This document shows, one piece after another, positions 47,428 to 57,714 of a stretch of DNA of 64,000 nucleotides. Source of the DNA: an uncultured delta proteobacterium. GTDB taxonomy: Bacteria > Desulfobacterota > Binatia > Binatales > Binataceae. The notes beneath the pieces are model-generated. The model did not search any database and was not told the origin of the DNA. It was given only the letters and a program-made list of their open reading frames with translations. A program made the translations under genes and the position numbers. How positions within the stretch are numbered: the stretch's first letter is position 1; each line of letters starts with the position of its first letter. The stretch is from the NCBI GenBank assembly GCA_963842085.1, contig CAWJET010000002.1, positions 640,001-704,000 of the forward strand, read 5' to 3'.

Positions 47428-48366
47428 TTAGGCGGGCGTGACTGCTGCGCGAGTGCGCGTGGCGGCGATCGCGTCAACCTGGTTGGCGATGTCGGCGAGC
47501 GCTTTGCCAGTCGGCGTTGACCCGTACTCGCGAACGAACAGCACGCCGCGATCGGTGCAGTCGGCGAGCCGCGGTTCAAACGCAAGCCGCGCCAGTATCG
47601 GCACCGCGGCCCCGCGCGCGATTCCGTGGAGATCGCCTTCCGGCCACAGCGGCCGAACCGCGCGGCATCCGTCGCAATTGAAGCCGACCATATTTTCGAC
47701 GATTCCGACAATTGGCAGGTCGAGTGCGCGGCCAAGCTCCATCGCCTGCCGCGCGGCGCCGGCGTCCTGCGCGGACGGATGACTCAGGAGCAGAACGCCG
47801 TCGAGCGCTACCAGGGCGGCCAACGAGTACAATCGATCGAGGCCGGTCGCCAGATCGATTATCAACAAATCCACGCTCCCCAACTGCGATTGCGCCAGGA
47901 TTCGGCCGAGCGCTGCGCGATAGCTCAGCTCAGCAGGGCGGCGCGCCGCGGCGAGCGCAACCGGCTCTGCGCCATTGTTGCCGTCGAGTTGATCGTAATC
48001 CTGCACAAAGCTGATTGGTGGCGCCTCGCCGCCGGGAAGTTGATCGCTCGAAACTATGCGCAAGCCATGCGGTCCCGCCGCCGGCTCGATCCCTTCGATC
48101 ATCGGGAGTCGGCGCTGCGGTTTCATTCCGAGCATCGCCGCGACGCTGGGCGAATTCAAATCCGCGTCCACGATTGCAACCTTGCGGCCTTTCATCGCCA
48201 ACGCCGCCGCGATATTCACCGCGAGCATGCTCTTGCCGACTCCGCCGCGCGCACTCGCAAGGGCGATGGTCGCGCCGACGCCGGAAAGATTGGCGCGAAT
48301 CCGGTCGCGCAAGCCGACAAGATCGACAGACGATCCGCCGTTCTCAATATCGAAAAATATTCTCAT
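47428..48366 (-). CDS. Mrp/NBP35 (ApbC)-like P-loop NTPase, divergent
   Basis: ASARGGVGKS, VDADLNSPS...MLG, IIDL, GIVENM..F.CDGC. Confidence 0.85.
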   Translation of the reverse strand: MRIFFDIENGGSSVDLVGLRDRIRANLSGVGATIALASARGGVGKSMLAVNIAAALAMKGRKVAIVDADLNSPSVAAMLGMKPQRRLPMIEGIEPAAGPHGLRIVSSDQLPGGEAPPISFVQDYDQLDGNNGAEPVALAAARRPAELSYRAALGRILAQSQLGSVDLLIIDLATGLDRLYSLAALVALDGVLLLSHPSAQDAGAARQAMELGRALDLPIVGIVENMVGFNCDGCRAVRPLWPEGDLHGIARGAAVPILARLAFEPRLADCTDRGVLFVREYGSTPTGKALADIANQVDAIAATRTRAAVTPA

Positions 48367-48500
48367 CAGCCGGCCGCTGAACTCCCAACGCAGCGATCCT
48401 AACGGTCGTTAAGGACTGCGGGTGCTGCGCAAGTTGTTCTGCTTAGGATGACTGTTTTGGGCTGCCCGGTAAACAATGCCCGCCGAAGGCGGCTCGCCGC

Positions 48501-48953
48501 CTAGGCGCTCTCGTCGTCGGCGTCGGTCGACCCTATTTTGCGGTAGGTGTTGCGCTCGTCATCGAATCGTCGCTGCGATTTTGCCTCGCGTTCCTGATCC
48601 TGCTGGCAATCCCGGCACAGCCGCGAAAACGGCATCGCTTCGAGGCGGTCCTCGGCGATTTCCAGTCCGCAGGACTCGCAGACGCCGTAGGTGCCTTCGT
48701 CGAGCCGCTCGAGCGCGTCGTCGATTTGCTTGAGCTTGACGCGTTCACGGTCCGACAGGATGAAGTTGATCTCGCGATCGCGCTCCTCGGACGCAAGGTC
48801 GTAGGTATCCATGCCCTCGTCCTTGTTGCCTTCGCGTTCGGCCCGCGATTCCGAATCGATCTCACCGAGCAGTTTGCTTTTGGTCTCCAGCAGTTGTTCG
48901 CGCACCCTCGCAAGGAACTTCTTTCGGTTCGCGGCAACTGGTTTCTTCGCCAT
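48501..48953 (-). CDS. dksA: DksA/TraR C4-zinc-finger transcription factor
   Basis: D.YDLASEE coiled-coil tip, IDDAL.RL.EGTYG.CESCG.EI...RLEA.P...LC.DC. Confidence 0.88.
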   Translation of the reverse strand: MAKKPVAANRKKFLARVREQLLETKSKLLGEIDSESRAEREGNKDEGMDTYDLASEERDREINFILSDRERVKLKQIDDALERLDEGTYGVCESCGLEIAEDRLEAMPFSRLCRDCQQDQEREAKSQRRFDDERNTYRKIGSTDADDESA

Positions 48954-48970
48954 TTCCAACTCCTGGTATA

Positions 48971-50311
48971 TTAGGCGGCCGCGCCGGCGACCGTTGCATG
49001 TAAATCGTAGCTGAGCGCCTTGTCGATTCGTGCGCGGACGAATTCGCCCGCCTCGGCGTCGCCCGCAAGAAGCACCGAGCCGTCGATTTCCGGCGCCTGG
49101 CCCGAGGTTCGCCCGCGCAGCCGCGTCGAGCGTCCAGGCATCGGACCCTCGACCAGCACTTCCACTTCGCGTCCGACGAGGCAGCGATTCTTGGCGAGCG
49201 AAATCTCCGCCTGCGTCGCCATCAGGCGCGCCCGCCGCGCGCGCTTGACACGCTCGGGCACCTGGTCCGGCATGTCGTAAGCCGCGGTATTCTCTTCGCG
49301 TGAGTAGTTGAAAACCCCGACGCGATCGAACTGCTCATTGCGGACGAAGTCCACCAGCCGCTCGAAGGCAGCGTCAGTCTCGCCGGGAAAGCCGACAATA
49401 AACGACGTTCGCAGCACGACGCCCGGTATTCGCGCTCGCACGCGGTCGAGCAGCTTGACCAGCGCGGCGCCGGAGCGCTCGCGACGCATCGCTTGCAGCA
49501 TCGCATCGTCGGCGTGCTGCAACGGCATGTCGATATACTTGACGACCTTGGGCAACTCGGCGATTGCGTCGAGCAGTTCAGCGGTCAGGAAATTCGGATA
49601 GCAATAGAGCAACCGTATCCAGCGGAGCTCGTCGATCGTCGAGAGTTCATGCAACAGCGCCGCCAGCGACGACGGCTCATCGAGGTCGCGGCCGTAGGCG
49701 GTCAGATCCTGCGCGATCAAATTGATTTCGCGGACGCCGGCGGCCGCCAGGTTGCGCGCCTCGGCGACGAGATCGGCGATCGGGCGGCTCTCATGCAGGC
49801 CGCGAATCTTCGGAATAATGCAGAAAGCGCACTTGTGATTGCAGCCCTCGGAAATCTTCAAGTAGGATGTGAAGAAATCTCCGGTCTTGACGCGCGGAAT
49901 CGCCGACGTCGGCAGCAGATGCGCCGCGCCGGCGTACGGGATCGGCCGCGTCTCGGGTGCTTCGGTGCGCCGCAGCAGTTCCGGCAGCTCGAGGAAGTTG
50001 CCGGTACCGACGAACACGTCCACCTCTGGCATCGTGGCGGCGAGTTCAGTGGCGTAGCGCTGCGACAAACATCCCGCGACCACCAGCCGCTTGCCGCAGC
50101 CGCGCTGCTTGACCTCCGCCGCTTCGAGAATCGCGTCGATCGATTCCTTCTTGGCCGCCTCGATAAACGCGCAGGTGTTCACCAACAGTACTTGCGCCGC
50201 TTCGGGATCGAGCGTGATCTCGAATCCGGCCGCGGTCAGCGCACCGAGCATCAGCTCGCTGTCGGCGAGATTCTTGGGGCATCCCAACGTGAGTAAGTGA
50301 ACTTTTTCCAT
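48971..50311 (-). CDS. rimO: Ribosomal protein S12 methylthiotransferase
   Basis: LGCPKNL.DSE, VNTCAFI, YLKISEGCNHKCAFCIIP, TRAM domain with APEIDG. Confidence 0.95.
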   Translation of the reverse strand: MEKVHLLTLGCPKNLADSELMLGALTAAGFEITLDPEAAQVLLVNTCAFIEAAKKESIDAILEAAEVKQRGCGKRLVVAGCLSQRYATELAATMPEVDVFVGTGNFLELPELLRRTEAPETRPIPYAGAAHLLPTSAIPRVKTGDFFTSYLKISEGCNHKCAFCIIPKIRGLHESRPIADLVAEARNLAAAGVREINLIAQDLTAYGRDLDEPSSLAALLHELSTIDELRWIRLLYCYPNFLTAELLDAIAELPKVVKYIDMPLQHADDAMLQAMRRERSGAALVKLLDRVRARIPGVVLRTSFIVGFPGETDAAFERLVDFVRNEQFDRVGVFNYSREENTAAYDMPDQVPERVKRARRARLMATQAEISLAKNRCLVGREVEVLVEGPMPGRSTRLRGRTSGQAPEIDGSVLLAGDAEAGEFVRARIDKALSYDLHATVAGAAA

Positions 50312-50423
50312 GACCGAATCGGGAAATTTACGGGGCCTTTATAAATACCTGTCGCATACCGGCGAGGCAATCACGGTTCCAGGCTTCGTCGCGGCGATCG
50401 TGTTTTTTCAGTCTATCACAGCG

Positions 50424-51122
50424 TCACGGCGAGGCCGGCGCCGTCACGATATCTGCGCCCGCCGGCGCCTTGAATTCGAACATCGACTCGGGCAGTTCAA
50501 CATTATCACGGATGTCGCTGAAATCGATCTTCGTCACGTCGCCGAGCTGATCGGTGAGCGTCAATGTAATTAGATTATAGCTCTTCGGATCGAGTCCCAC
50601 CTCAATTTTGTAACCGCCGGTCTTCGCGTCGAGGTTCAGGTCGATCAGGCCGGTGGGCGTCGCGGGACTCGCGAATGCAGCCTTGAAGTCGCGGTTGATA
50701 TTCCCGATTCCAAGCAGGAACGACGTCGCGCTGCTCGACTTGAGCGCCTGCTTCAGCGGAGTCTCCACCACCTGGTTGAGATCCGGATCGTAGCTGTAGA
50801 GCGTCTCGCCGTCGCTGACGATCGTTTGCTTTTCCGGCGTCTCGAAGTCCCATCGCATGCGGCCGGGCTTGCGAAATGAAACCGTGCCATTGCGGTTGCG
50901 TTTCGGCGCGCCGACGGCCGCGATCTCCTCGTTGAATTTCGCCGAGAATGAATTGGTGTTGCGATAATGATGCTGCAGGCGATCGAGCACCTGCTTCAGG
51001 TCTTTGCTGGCGGGAGCACCGCTCGGCGCCATCGTCTCGGCGCGAACGGTTGCGGCGGTTGCGAGCAAGATCGCGATTGCTGGAAAGATCGCTCTCCACA
51101 TTTTTTCAGGAAAGTCGCGCAC
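50424..51122 (-). CDS. lolA: Outer-membrane lipoprotein carrier protein
   Basis: Signal peptide, FSAKF, FRKPGRMRW, IVSDG..L..YDP.L.QV; downstream of ftsK. Confidence 0.9.
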   Translation of the reverse strand: MRDFPEKMWRAIFPAIAILLATAATVRAETMAPSGAPASKDLKQVLDRLQHHYRNTNSFSAKFNEEIAAVGAPKRNRNGTVSFRKPGRMRWDFETPEKQTIVSDGETLYSYDPDLNQVVETPLKQALKSSSATSFLLGIGNINRDFKAAFASPATPTGLIDLNLDAKTGGYKIEVGLDPKSYNLITLTLTDQLGDVTKIDFSDIRDNVELPESMFEFKAPAGADIVTAPASP

Positions 51123-51123
51123 C

Positions 51124-53361
51124 TCATCGCGCGCTGCGCAACCGGACTTCGCGTGGCTTGGCGCCGTCCGCGGGCATCACGATTCCTTCGCGCTCCATCT
51201 GCTCGACCATCCGGGCCGCGCGATTGTAGCCGATTCGGAGCCGCCGTTGGATCATCGAGATCGACGCCTGGTTGGTTTCCATCACGATCCGCACCGCTTC
51301 ATCATACATCTCGTCCTGCACGTCGGCGCCGAATCCCGGGCCGTCCTCCTCGCCGGGGGCCTTGGTGTCGAGGATTTCCATACGGTATTCGGGCGCGCCC
51401 TGCGCGCGGAGAAAATCAGTCAGCCTGCGAATCTCATGCTCGCCGACGAACGGTCCGTGCAGGCGGCGAAGTTTCGCGCTACCAGGCGGCATGAAAAGCA
51501 TATCGCCGGCCCCGAGCAGGCGTTCGGCGCCGATAGAATCGAGAATCGTGCGCGAATCGACCCGCGACGTCACTTGAAGCGAGATTCGAGCCGGCAGGTT
51601 CGCCTTGATAAGCCCCGTGATTACATCGACCGACGGCCGCTGCGTCGCCAGGATTAGATGAATCCCCGCAGCGCGCGCTTTTTGCGCCAGCCGCGTGATA
51701 TCGCGCTCGACGGTCTTGCCCTCGCTCAGCAGCAAGTCCGCAAGCTCGTCGATGACGATCACGATCTTCGGCATCTTGCGATGCTCGATTGCGCCGGCCG
51801 CCGGCTGATTGGGGTCGTCCGACGCGGGCGCGCTCTGCCCCGCCATCTTGAGCTGCGCCAGCGACACGCCCGACGCGAGCGCGTGATTGTAGCCGTCGAT
51901 ATTGCGCACGCCCAGCTCGCGCATCCGGATGTAGCGACTCTCCATTTCCTGCGTCGCCCACAGCAGCGCGGACGCAGCCTTCTGCGGATCGACGACGACC
52001 GGAACCAGCAGATGCGGAATATTTTCGTACACCGACAGCTCAAGCATCTTGGGATCGACGAGAATCAGGCGCACGTCGTCGGCGGTCGCGTTGAACAGAA
52101 TCGACGCGATCATCGTGTGGAGCGAGACTGATTTGCCGGTGCCGGTCGCGCCGGCTATCAGCAGATGCGGCATCTTGGCCAAGTCGGTTGCCACCGGACG
52201 TCCGGCGATATCTTTTCCGAGCGCGATCGTGAGCTGGCTCTGCGCGGCCACAAATTCTTCGGCCTCGAGAATCTCGCGCAGATATACACGCTCGCGCTTG
52301 CGATTCGGCACTTCGATTCCGACCACCGCTTCGCCCGGCACCGGCGCCTGGATCCGCACTGCCGCGGCTCTGAGAGCCATCGAAAGATCGTCGGCAAGAT
52401 TGACGATCTGGCTCACTTTGATCCCGGAGCCCGGCTCGAATTTGTACATCGTGACGACCGGGCCAGGCTGCACCTCGACCACGCGTCCCTCCACGCCGAA
52501 GTCCGCGAGCTTCTGCTCGAGCACGCGCGCGCTGCGCTCGAGCTGGGCCTCGTCCACCTGCGCATGCTCGGCCGGCGGCAGATCCAGCAGCGACTGCGGC
52601 GGAAGTTTGAACGCACCCTTCTGACGCGGCTTCGAGGCCGCCGCCTTGTCGCGCTTCTCGCGAATTTCGAGCAACCTGACCTTGAGAGGAGTGGGTTTAC
52701 CGTTGACGCTATCGATGTCGGTGTCGACCTCGTCACCCGCACTCAGCGAGAAGGGAGCCGGCGCATCATCGGCAAGCTCGAACACTTCGCGGGGTCGTCG
52801 GATTCTGTTGGCGACGCCCGCCAGCAGCTCGGTCGGCGCCCGCTTGAGCATCAGGGCCAGCCCGCAGATGAATCCGAGCGCGACGGCGATCGCGCCGCCG
52901 GCCAGGTTGAGCGAATCGCTAAGGAGGGTGGCGATGTCCGCGCCAACTTCACCGCCCATCTTAGCGTCGTGCAGATCCCACAGCGCGCCTGCCGTTGCGA
53001 GGGCGAGAATCAGGATGACGCCGCCGCCAATCTCGCGCGCAATGGTGCCGACTCCCGCGCCGGTCCAAATGCGCTGCGCCAGCCACGCGACCAGTATCAT
53101 CGCGGTGTACGACTGGTACCCGATGAGGCCGCCGAGCGTAGCCGCGATCGCCGCACCGACCGGGCCGCCCAAGTTGGGACTCCGGCCGATATCGACGCTT
53201 ACCAGGCTCACCGTGCCGAAGGCCGCGAAAGCAAGCAGCGCGAGTGCACAAAGCTCGCGCGCGATTCGGCCGCCCGGCGATGACGCGAGCGAAAGCTCTT
53301 CGACCGGTGGCGCAGCAGGCAGCTCGATCGGCGTTTTCTCTTTGCGCGCGATGGGGGTCAC
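51124..53361 (-). CDS. ftsK: DNA translocase FtsK
   Basis: 4TM N-terminus, PGPVVT, MPHLLIAGATGTGKS, IDELADL, ATQRPSVDVITG, gamma domain QRRLRIGYNRAAR. Confidence 0.97.
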   Translation of the reverse strand: MTPIARKEKTPIELPAAPPVEELSLASSPGGRIARELCALALLAFAAFGTVSLVSVDIGRSPNLGGPVGAAIAATLGGLIGYQSYTAMILVAWLAQRIWTGAGVGTIAREIGGGVILILALATAGALWDLHDAKMGGEVGADIATLLSDSLNLAGGAIAVALGFICGLALMLKRAPTELLAGVANRIRRPREVFELADDAPAPFSLSAGDEVDTDIDSVNGKPTPLKVRLLEIREKRDKAAASKPRQKGAFKLPPQSLLDLPPAEHAQVDEAQLERSARVLEQKLADFGVEGRVVEVQPGPVVTMYKFEPGSGIKVSQIVNLADDLSMALRAAAVRIQAPVPGEAVVGIEVPNRKRERVYLREILEAEEFVAAQSQLTIALGKDIAGRPVATDLAKMPHLLIAGATGTGKSVSLHTMIASILFNATADDVRLILVDPKMLELSVYENIPHLLVPVVVDPQKAASALLWATQEMESRYIRMRELGVRNIDGYNHALASGVSLAQLKMAGQSAPASDDPNQPAAGAIEHRKMPKIVIVIDELADLLLSEGKTVERDITRLAQKARAAGIHLILATQRPSVDVITGLIKANLPARISLQVTSRVDSRTILDSIGAERLLGAGDMLFMPPGSAKLRRLHGPFVGEHEIRRLTDFLRAQGAPEYRMEILDTKAPGEEDGPGFGADVQDEMYDEAVRIVMETNQASISMIQRRLRIGYNRAARMVEQMEREGIVMPADGAKPREVRLRSAR

Positions 53362-55028
53362 ACCTCCGTCACGTACGGAATCACCAGCGGCCGCTTGCCA
53401 AGCTCATCGCTGAAGTAGCGCCGAATCGCGCGCACAATCTCTTCTTTCACACGCGGCTCGTTGGCGTGCAGCGGACCGCCGAGCGCGGTCAGGCGCCGCG
53501 TCAATTCCTCCTTCGCGCGCCGCATGTGCGCCGAAGTACCGTCGCCACTTACGAGACCTCGCGAAAGTAGATCGGGACCCGCGACGATACGCCCGGTTTT
53601 CGACGAGAGCACCACGACCGCCGTCACCGTGCCGTCGCGCGCAAGCACCCGGCGCTCGCCGACCACGGCGGCGTCGCCTCCGTCCGCGCCTTCGAGCGCA
53701 ATACGGCCGGCCTCGACCGTGGGGCCACGGCGCGCCTCGCCACCGCTCAGCACGAGCGAGTCGCCGTCTTCGAGCAGGAAGCAGCTGTGTTCCGGTATTC
53801 CCGCTGCGATCGCAAGCGCGACGTGACGGCTCAGATGACGATATTCGCCGTGAATCGGGACGAAGTGGCGCGGCCGCGTCAGCGCGATCATCTCCGCCAA
53901 CTCGTCCTGGCCGGCGTGTCCCGAAACGTGAACCGGAGCGACCGCGTCGTAAATGACCTCGGCGCCTTGCCGGTAGAGACGATTCACCAGCGTGTTAATG
54001 GTGCGCTCATTGCCGGGAATGAAGCGCGACGACAGCACCACCACATCACCATGCTCAACACGAACGCGCGGATGTGAGTCGGCAGCGAGTTTCGCCAGCG
54101 CGGAGAGCGGCTCGCCCTGGCTCCCGCTGGTCAGGTAGCTCAGGCGATGCCCGTCGATAAACTCAGCCTCGCCCGGCTCGACAAACATCGCCTGCGCGAA
54201 TGGAAGCTGGCCGGTTTCGAGCCCCAGCCGCACGCTCTCCGCCATCGCGCGCCCGAGCGGAACGACGCGGCGTCCGAACTCGCGCGAGACCTCGACCACC
54301 TGGCGAATCCGATGCAGATGCGACGAAAAGGCCGACAGGAAAACCCTGCCGCGAGCGCGCGACGTGAGCTCGCGCAGGACGGGCTTGAGCGAACTTTCAG
54401 AGCCCGAGCGGCCGGGGCGCTCGACGTTGGTGGAATCGGAGAGCAACACGGCCACGCCTTCCGCGCCAAGCTCGGCAAAGCGTTCGCGATCGAACATCTG
54501 GCCGTCCACGGGAGTGTCGTCGATCTTGAAGTCGCCGCTATGAACGATGATCCCCGCGGGGGTTCGAATCGCGAGCGCAATCGAATTCGGCGTCGAGTGC
54601 GTGACGCGAATCGGCTCGACCGTGAACGGCCCAGCCTCGAAAGGATGGCGCGGCGCAATCGTCCGCAGATCAACCGGATCGTCGAACTCCGCATCGGCGA
54701 GGCGCCGCCGCGTGAACGCAAGCGTAACGTCGGTTCCATAAACGGGGACGTTGAAGCGGCGCAGCAGATGCGGGAGCGCGCCGATGTGATCCTCGTGGGC
54801 GTGCGTGAGCACCACCGCCTCGACCGCGACGCGGCTGCGCTCCAGCCACGTCATTTCGGGGATACAGATGCCCAGTCCGAGCGCGGGCTCGTCCGGGAAC
54901 ATCACGCCGCAATCGATCACGATCGCGCGCCCGGCGCATTCGATCGCCATCAAGTTGAGGCCGATCTCGCCGAGCCCGCCGAGGGCCACGATTCGGACCG
55001 GCGCGGTCGTGGAAGTGCTTGCCGCCAT
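53358..55028 (-). CDS. rnj: Ribonuclease J
   Basis: LGGLGEIG.N, THAHEDHIG, VTHS, GDFK.D, DSTN, GSQGEP, HVSGH, PIHGE. Confidence 0.95.
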   Translation of the reverse strand: MAASTSTTAPVRIVALGGLGEIGLNLMAIECAGRAIVIDCGVMFPDEPALGLGICIPEMTWLERSRVAVEAVVLTHAHEDHIGALPHLLRRFNVPVYGTDVTLAFTRRRLADAEFDDPVDLRTIAPRHPFEAGPFTVEPIRVTHSTPNSIALAIRTPAGIIVHSGDFKIDDTPVDGQMFDRERFAELGAEGVAVLLSDSTNVERPGRSGSESSLKPVLRELTSRARGRVFLSAFSSHLHRIRQVVEVSREFGRRVVPLGRAMAESVRLGLETGQLPFAQAMFVEPGEAEFIDGHRLSYLTSGSQGEPLSALAKLAADSHPRVRVEHGDVVVLSSRFIPGNERTINTLVNRLYRQGAEVIYDAVAPVHVSGHAGQDELAEMIALTRPRHFVPIHGEYRHLSRHVALAIAAGIPEHSCFLLEDGDSLVLSGGEARRGPTVEAGRIALEGADGGDAAVVGERRVLARDGTVTAVVVLSSKTGRIVAGPDLLSRGLVSGDGTSAHMRRAKEELTRRLTALGGPLHANEPRVKEEIVRAIRRYFSDELGKRPLVIPYVTEV

Positions 55029-55166
55029 CGCCCTGTCCTGCCTCCCCACCGAAGCGAATTATATCGGTCACAAATCGGCCGCGAAAGCCGCTGTTCATCC
55101 AACTAACACGCTGACTTGCCTTGAGAACGGGGCGGGACTACTTTTTCGGATGACGAGGTGGCGAAG

Positions 55167-55634
55167 ATGGCGGCGTCGGTAAACAAAGTAATTCTAATCG
55201 GCAATCTCGGACGCGATCCCGAAACTCGCTTCACCAACTCGGGTACTTCCGTCACGAACTTTTCAATTGCGACCAAGGACTCGTTCGCCGACAAGAGCGG
55301 GGCGCGGCAGGAGCGCACCGACTGGCACAACATCATCGTGTGGGGCAAGCAGGGCGAGACCTGCGCCCAATATCTCAAGAAAGGCAGCCCGGTTTACGTC
55401 GAGGGGCGAATTTCCTACCGCGAATACGAAGCCAAGGACGGCAGCGGCAAGCGCAAGGTCACGGAGATTGTAGCGACGCGCGTGCAGTTCCTCAGCTCGC
55501 GCGGCGGCGCCCCGATGGGCGATGACAGCGGTGACTTTGGCGGCGGCGCCGCTCGTGGCCGCGCACCAGCGGGCGGCGGCGGCGGCGCGGGCGAGGACGT
55601 CGCGCCGATGGACGACGAAGACATTCCGTTCTGA
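55167..55634 (+). CDS. ssb: Single-stranded DNA-binding protein
   Basis: SVNKVILIGNLGRDPE, C-terminal DDEDIPF. Confidence 0.97.
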   Translation: MAASVNKVILIGNLGRDPETRFTNSGTSVTNFSIATKDSFADKSGARQERTDWHNIIVWGKQGETCAQYLKKGSPVYVEGRISYREYEAKDGSGKRKVTEIVATRVQFLSSRGGAPMGDDSGDFGGGAARGRAPAGGGGGAGEDVAPMDDEDIPF

Positions 55635-55848
55635 GGTCACGCCTGAAATACGCACTTTGGCCGACACTCACGCTGCTATCAGATCGTGATGCTGCACGTG
55701 ACGGCAGCACCTGATTGCCGACTGCGCGAGTCACTCGCTCGACCCCTGGAAAGCGCGGCGCGAATGAAGGTACATCGCTTGCATTTTGGCGCGCGCGAGT
55801 CACGCCGGTATCGAAGCCGACGGTCTGTGAGCGAGGGGGCTCATCGAA

Positions 55849-57705
55849 TTGATCCAGCCAGGGACCAACTGTTCCGGTTACGCTCGACTGTTCGCTTTTG
55901 TTACCACTCTCGCGATCGCTCTGAGCACGAGCGACGCCTTCTCGACGACGCTGCTGCCGCCTGATTCATCGACCACCACGTGGTCGGTCGCGAGCGATCG
56001 CAAGACCATCCTCCAGTCATTGAACGGCGGCCAGCCTTTGCCGTTCGTCGTCAAGGGCGTCGACTACTCGCCGCGTCCTATCGACGACGCCGCGTCGACG
56101 ATTCCCGGGTCGGATTACTTCTGGGGCGATCCCGCTCACCTCACCTACGGTCCGATCTGGATACGCGATCTGTGGGGCACGACCTACAACGACAACGGAG
56201 CGCAAATCAGCCTTCCCGACGGGCTCATCCGTCAACTCGGCGCCAACAGCATCCGCACCTACGCCTGGTGGAAATGGGTTCCGATGTCGCCGTCCGACTA
56301 TTCGAAGTGGAGCACGCTCGATTGGAGTGTAAGTCCGAGAGTCCGCTTCGGCGTGACCTCCGCACCCGCGGGTTTCGCGGGCTGGCCGGCGCACGACGGC
56401 GGCGATCAATTCCTGGACCTATGCTGGAATCATGGCGTCAAGCCAATTTACGTAGTCATCGGAATCTCACTCGATCCGTGGCTCGCCTTTCCCGGCGCCA
56501 ATCCAGATTCCACGTTAGCGCATGACGAGCGGATGTATATCCAGCGCACTACTCAATGGCTGGCGCAGCGTTATGGCTATCATCCAGCAGTGCTCGGATT
56601 TGCTATTGGCAACGAAACCAACCTGCCATTCGCGCGCGGGACAGATAGATACATTGACTATTGGCAGTATATTAATCTGCTCGGTGCAGTCGCGAAGCGC
56701 TACGCACCCGGCAAACTGACTATGACGGCGTTTGCGGACTACCCAACCGGCGAGACGCCGATGCTCCTCAAACCGCTAGTCACTTTCAAAAACTCCGCCG
56801 ATGCGCACCCAGGCGCGCCGACTGTTCCGGTCTGCGTCGATCCGGGCTGCGCGAACCCGGGCCCTGACTGCTCGTCGGCGCATCGCCGGCCCGCTTATCC
56901 CGCCGACATCTACGCGCTCGACGTCTGGGGATTCAACGCCTATCGCAGACCCGAGACCGAAGACGTCGCGAACTTCAAGCGCTGGATAGTCGAGGGCCAC
57001 TACACAAACGGCACTGGCATCGGGCCCGAACTACCTAATCCAGTTCCCAAGCCGATCGTTCTGACCGAATGGGGCGCGCCGGCTTCGATTCGAACCCGCG
57101 AGGGACAGCCACCGCCGCCGCCGAACCCCCAATGGGTAAGCGCGAGTCCCGCGGTTGCCAATGAATTCCACGGCGCGCCCGGATACCGCGCCGCCAAGCT
57201 GATTCAGCGGATCGCATCCGATATCTACGGACCTCATTCCACGCTTTCGACGACCGCAGGCGGCATCCTGTCGGGCGGATACTTGTTCGAGTTCCAGGAC
57301 GAATGGTGGAAGGAAGCGAAGCACCGGCCCGACACATGGTCGTCGCACGATACCACAGTTCTCAAGAGCCAGTTTCCCTTCGGCGAGCCCGGCAGCGGCT
57401 TCGCATCCTACTGGGACGAGGAATGGTTCGGGCTGATGTCGGTCGCGCCAAACCCGGGGCGCATACCTCGGTTCGAGCGCAGCAGCGCGATTGTGGGCAG
57501 CGGCCCCGGCCGTGTTGACTATCCGGTGCTCACCCCCGCCGATGGCACGGGATGGTTGAATGGCGGCGCCGACGTGCTCACGCCGCGCGCCGGGTTCTAC
57601 GCACTGCAGGCCGCGTTCAAAGACACTGCATCGTTGGCCGCGCCAATAGTCAATCGCCCGAACCTCACGCCAATATCATTTCCGCTGCGCGCCAATAGTC
57701 ACTGA
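55849..57705 (+). CDS. Secreted clan GH-A (TIM-barrel) glycoside hydrolase-like protein
   Basis: Signal-like N-terminus, PFVVKGVDYSP, LGANSIRTY, IGNETN (acid/base), WGFNAY, LTEWG (nucleophile), FEFQDEWWK, EEWFG. Confidence 0.8.
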   Translation: MIQPGTNCSGYARLFAFVTTLAIALSTSDAFSTTLLPPDSSTTTWSVASDRKTILQSLNGGQPLPFVVKGVDYSPRPIDDAASTIPGSDYFWGDPAHLTYGPIWIRDLWGTTYNDNGAQISLPDGLIRQLGANSIRTYAWWKWVPMSPSDYSKWSTLDWSVSPRVRFGVTSAPAGFAGWPAHDGGDQFLDLCWNHGVKPIYVVIGISLDPWLAFPGANPDSTLAHDERMYIQRTTQWLAQRYGYHPAVLGFAIGNETNLPFARGTDRYIDYWQYINLLGAVAKRYAPGKLTMTAFADYPTGETPMLLKPLVTFKNSADAHPGAPTVPVCVDPGCANPGPDCSSAHRRPAYPADIYALDVWGFNAYRRPETEDVANFKRWIVEGHYTNGTGIGPELPNPVPKPIVLTEWGAPASIRTREGQPPPPPNPQWVSASPAVANEFHGAPGYRAAKLIQRIASDIYGPHSTLSTTAGGILSGGYLFEFQDEWWKEAKHRPDTWSSHDTTVLKSQFPFGEPGSGFASYWDEEWFGLMSVAPNPGRIPRFERSSAIVGSGPGRVDYPVLTPADGTGWLNGGADVLTPRAGFYALQAAFKDTASLAAPIVNRPNLTPISFPLRANSH

Positions 57706-57714
57706 GTATTCGCC

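Noticed and set aside
48380-48425. Riboswitch or structured RNA upstream of the Mrp-like gene
   Set aside because: A hairpin can be drawn (cgcag..tcctaacg/cgttaagga..ctgcg), but it matches no riboswitch consensus I recognise.
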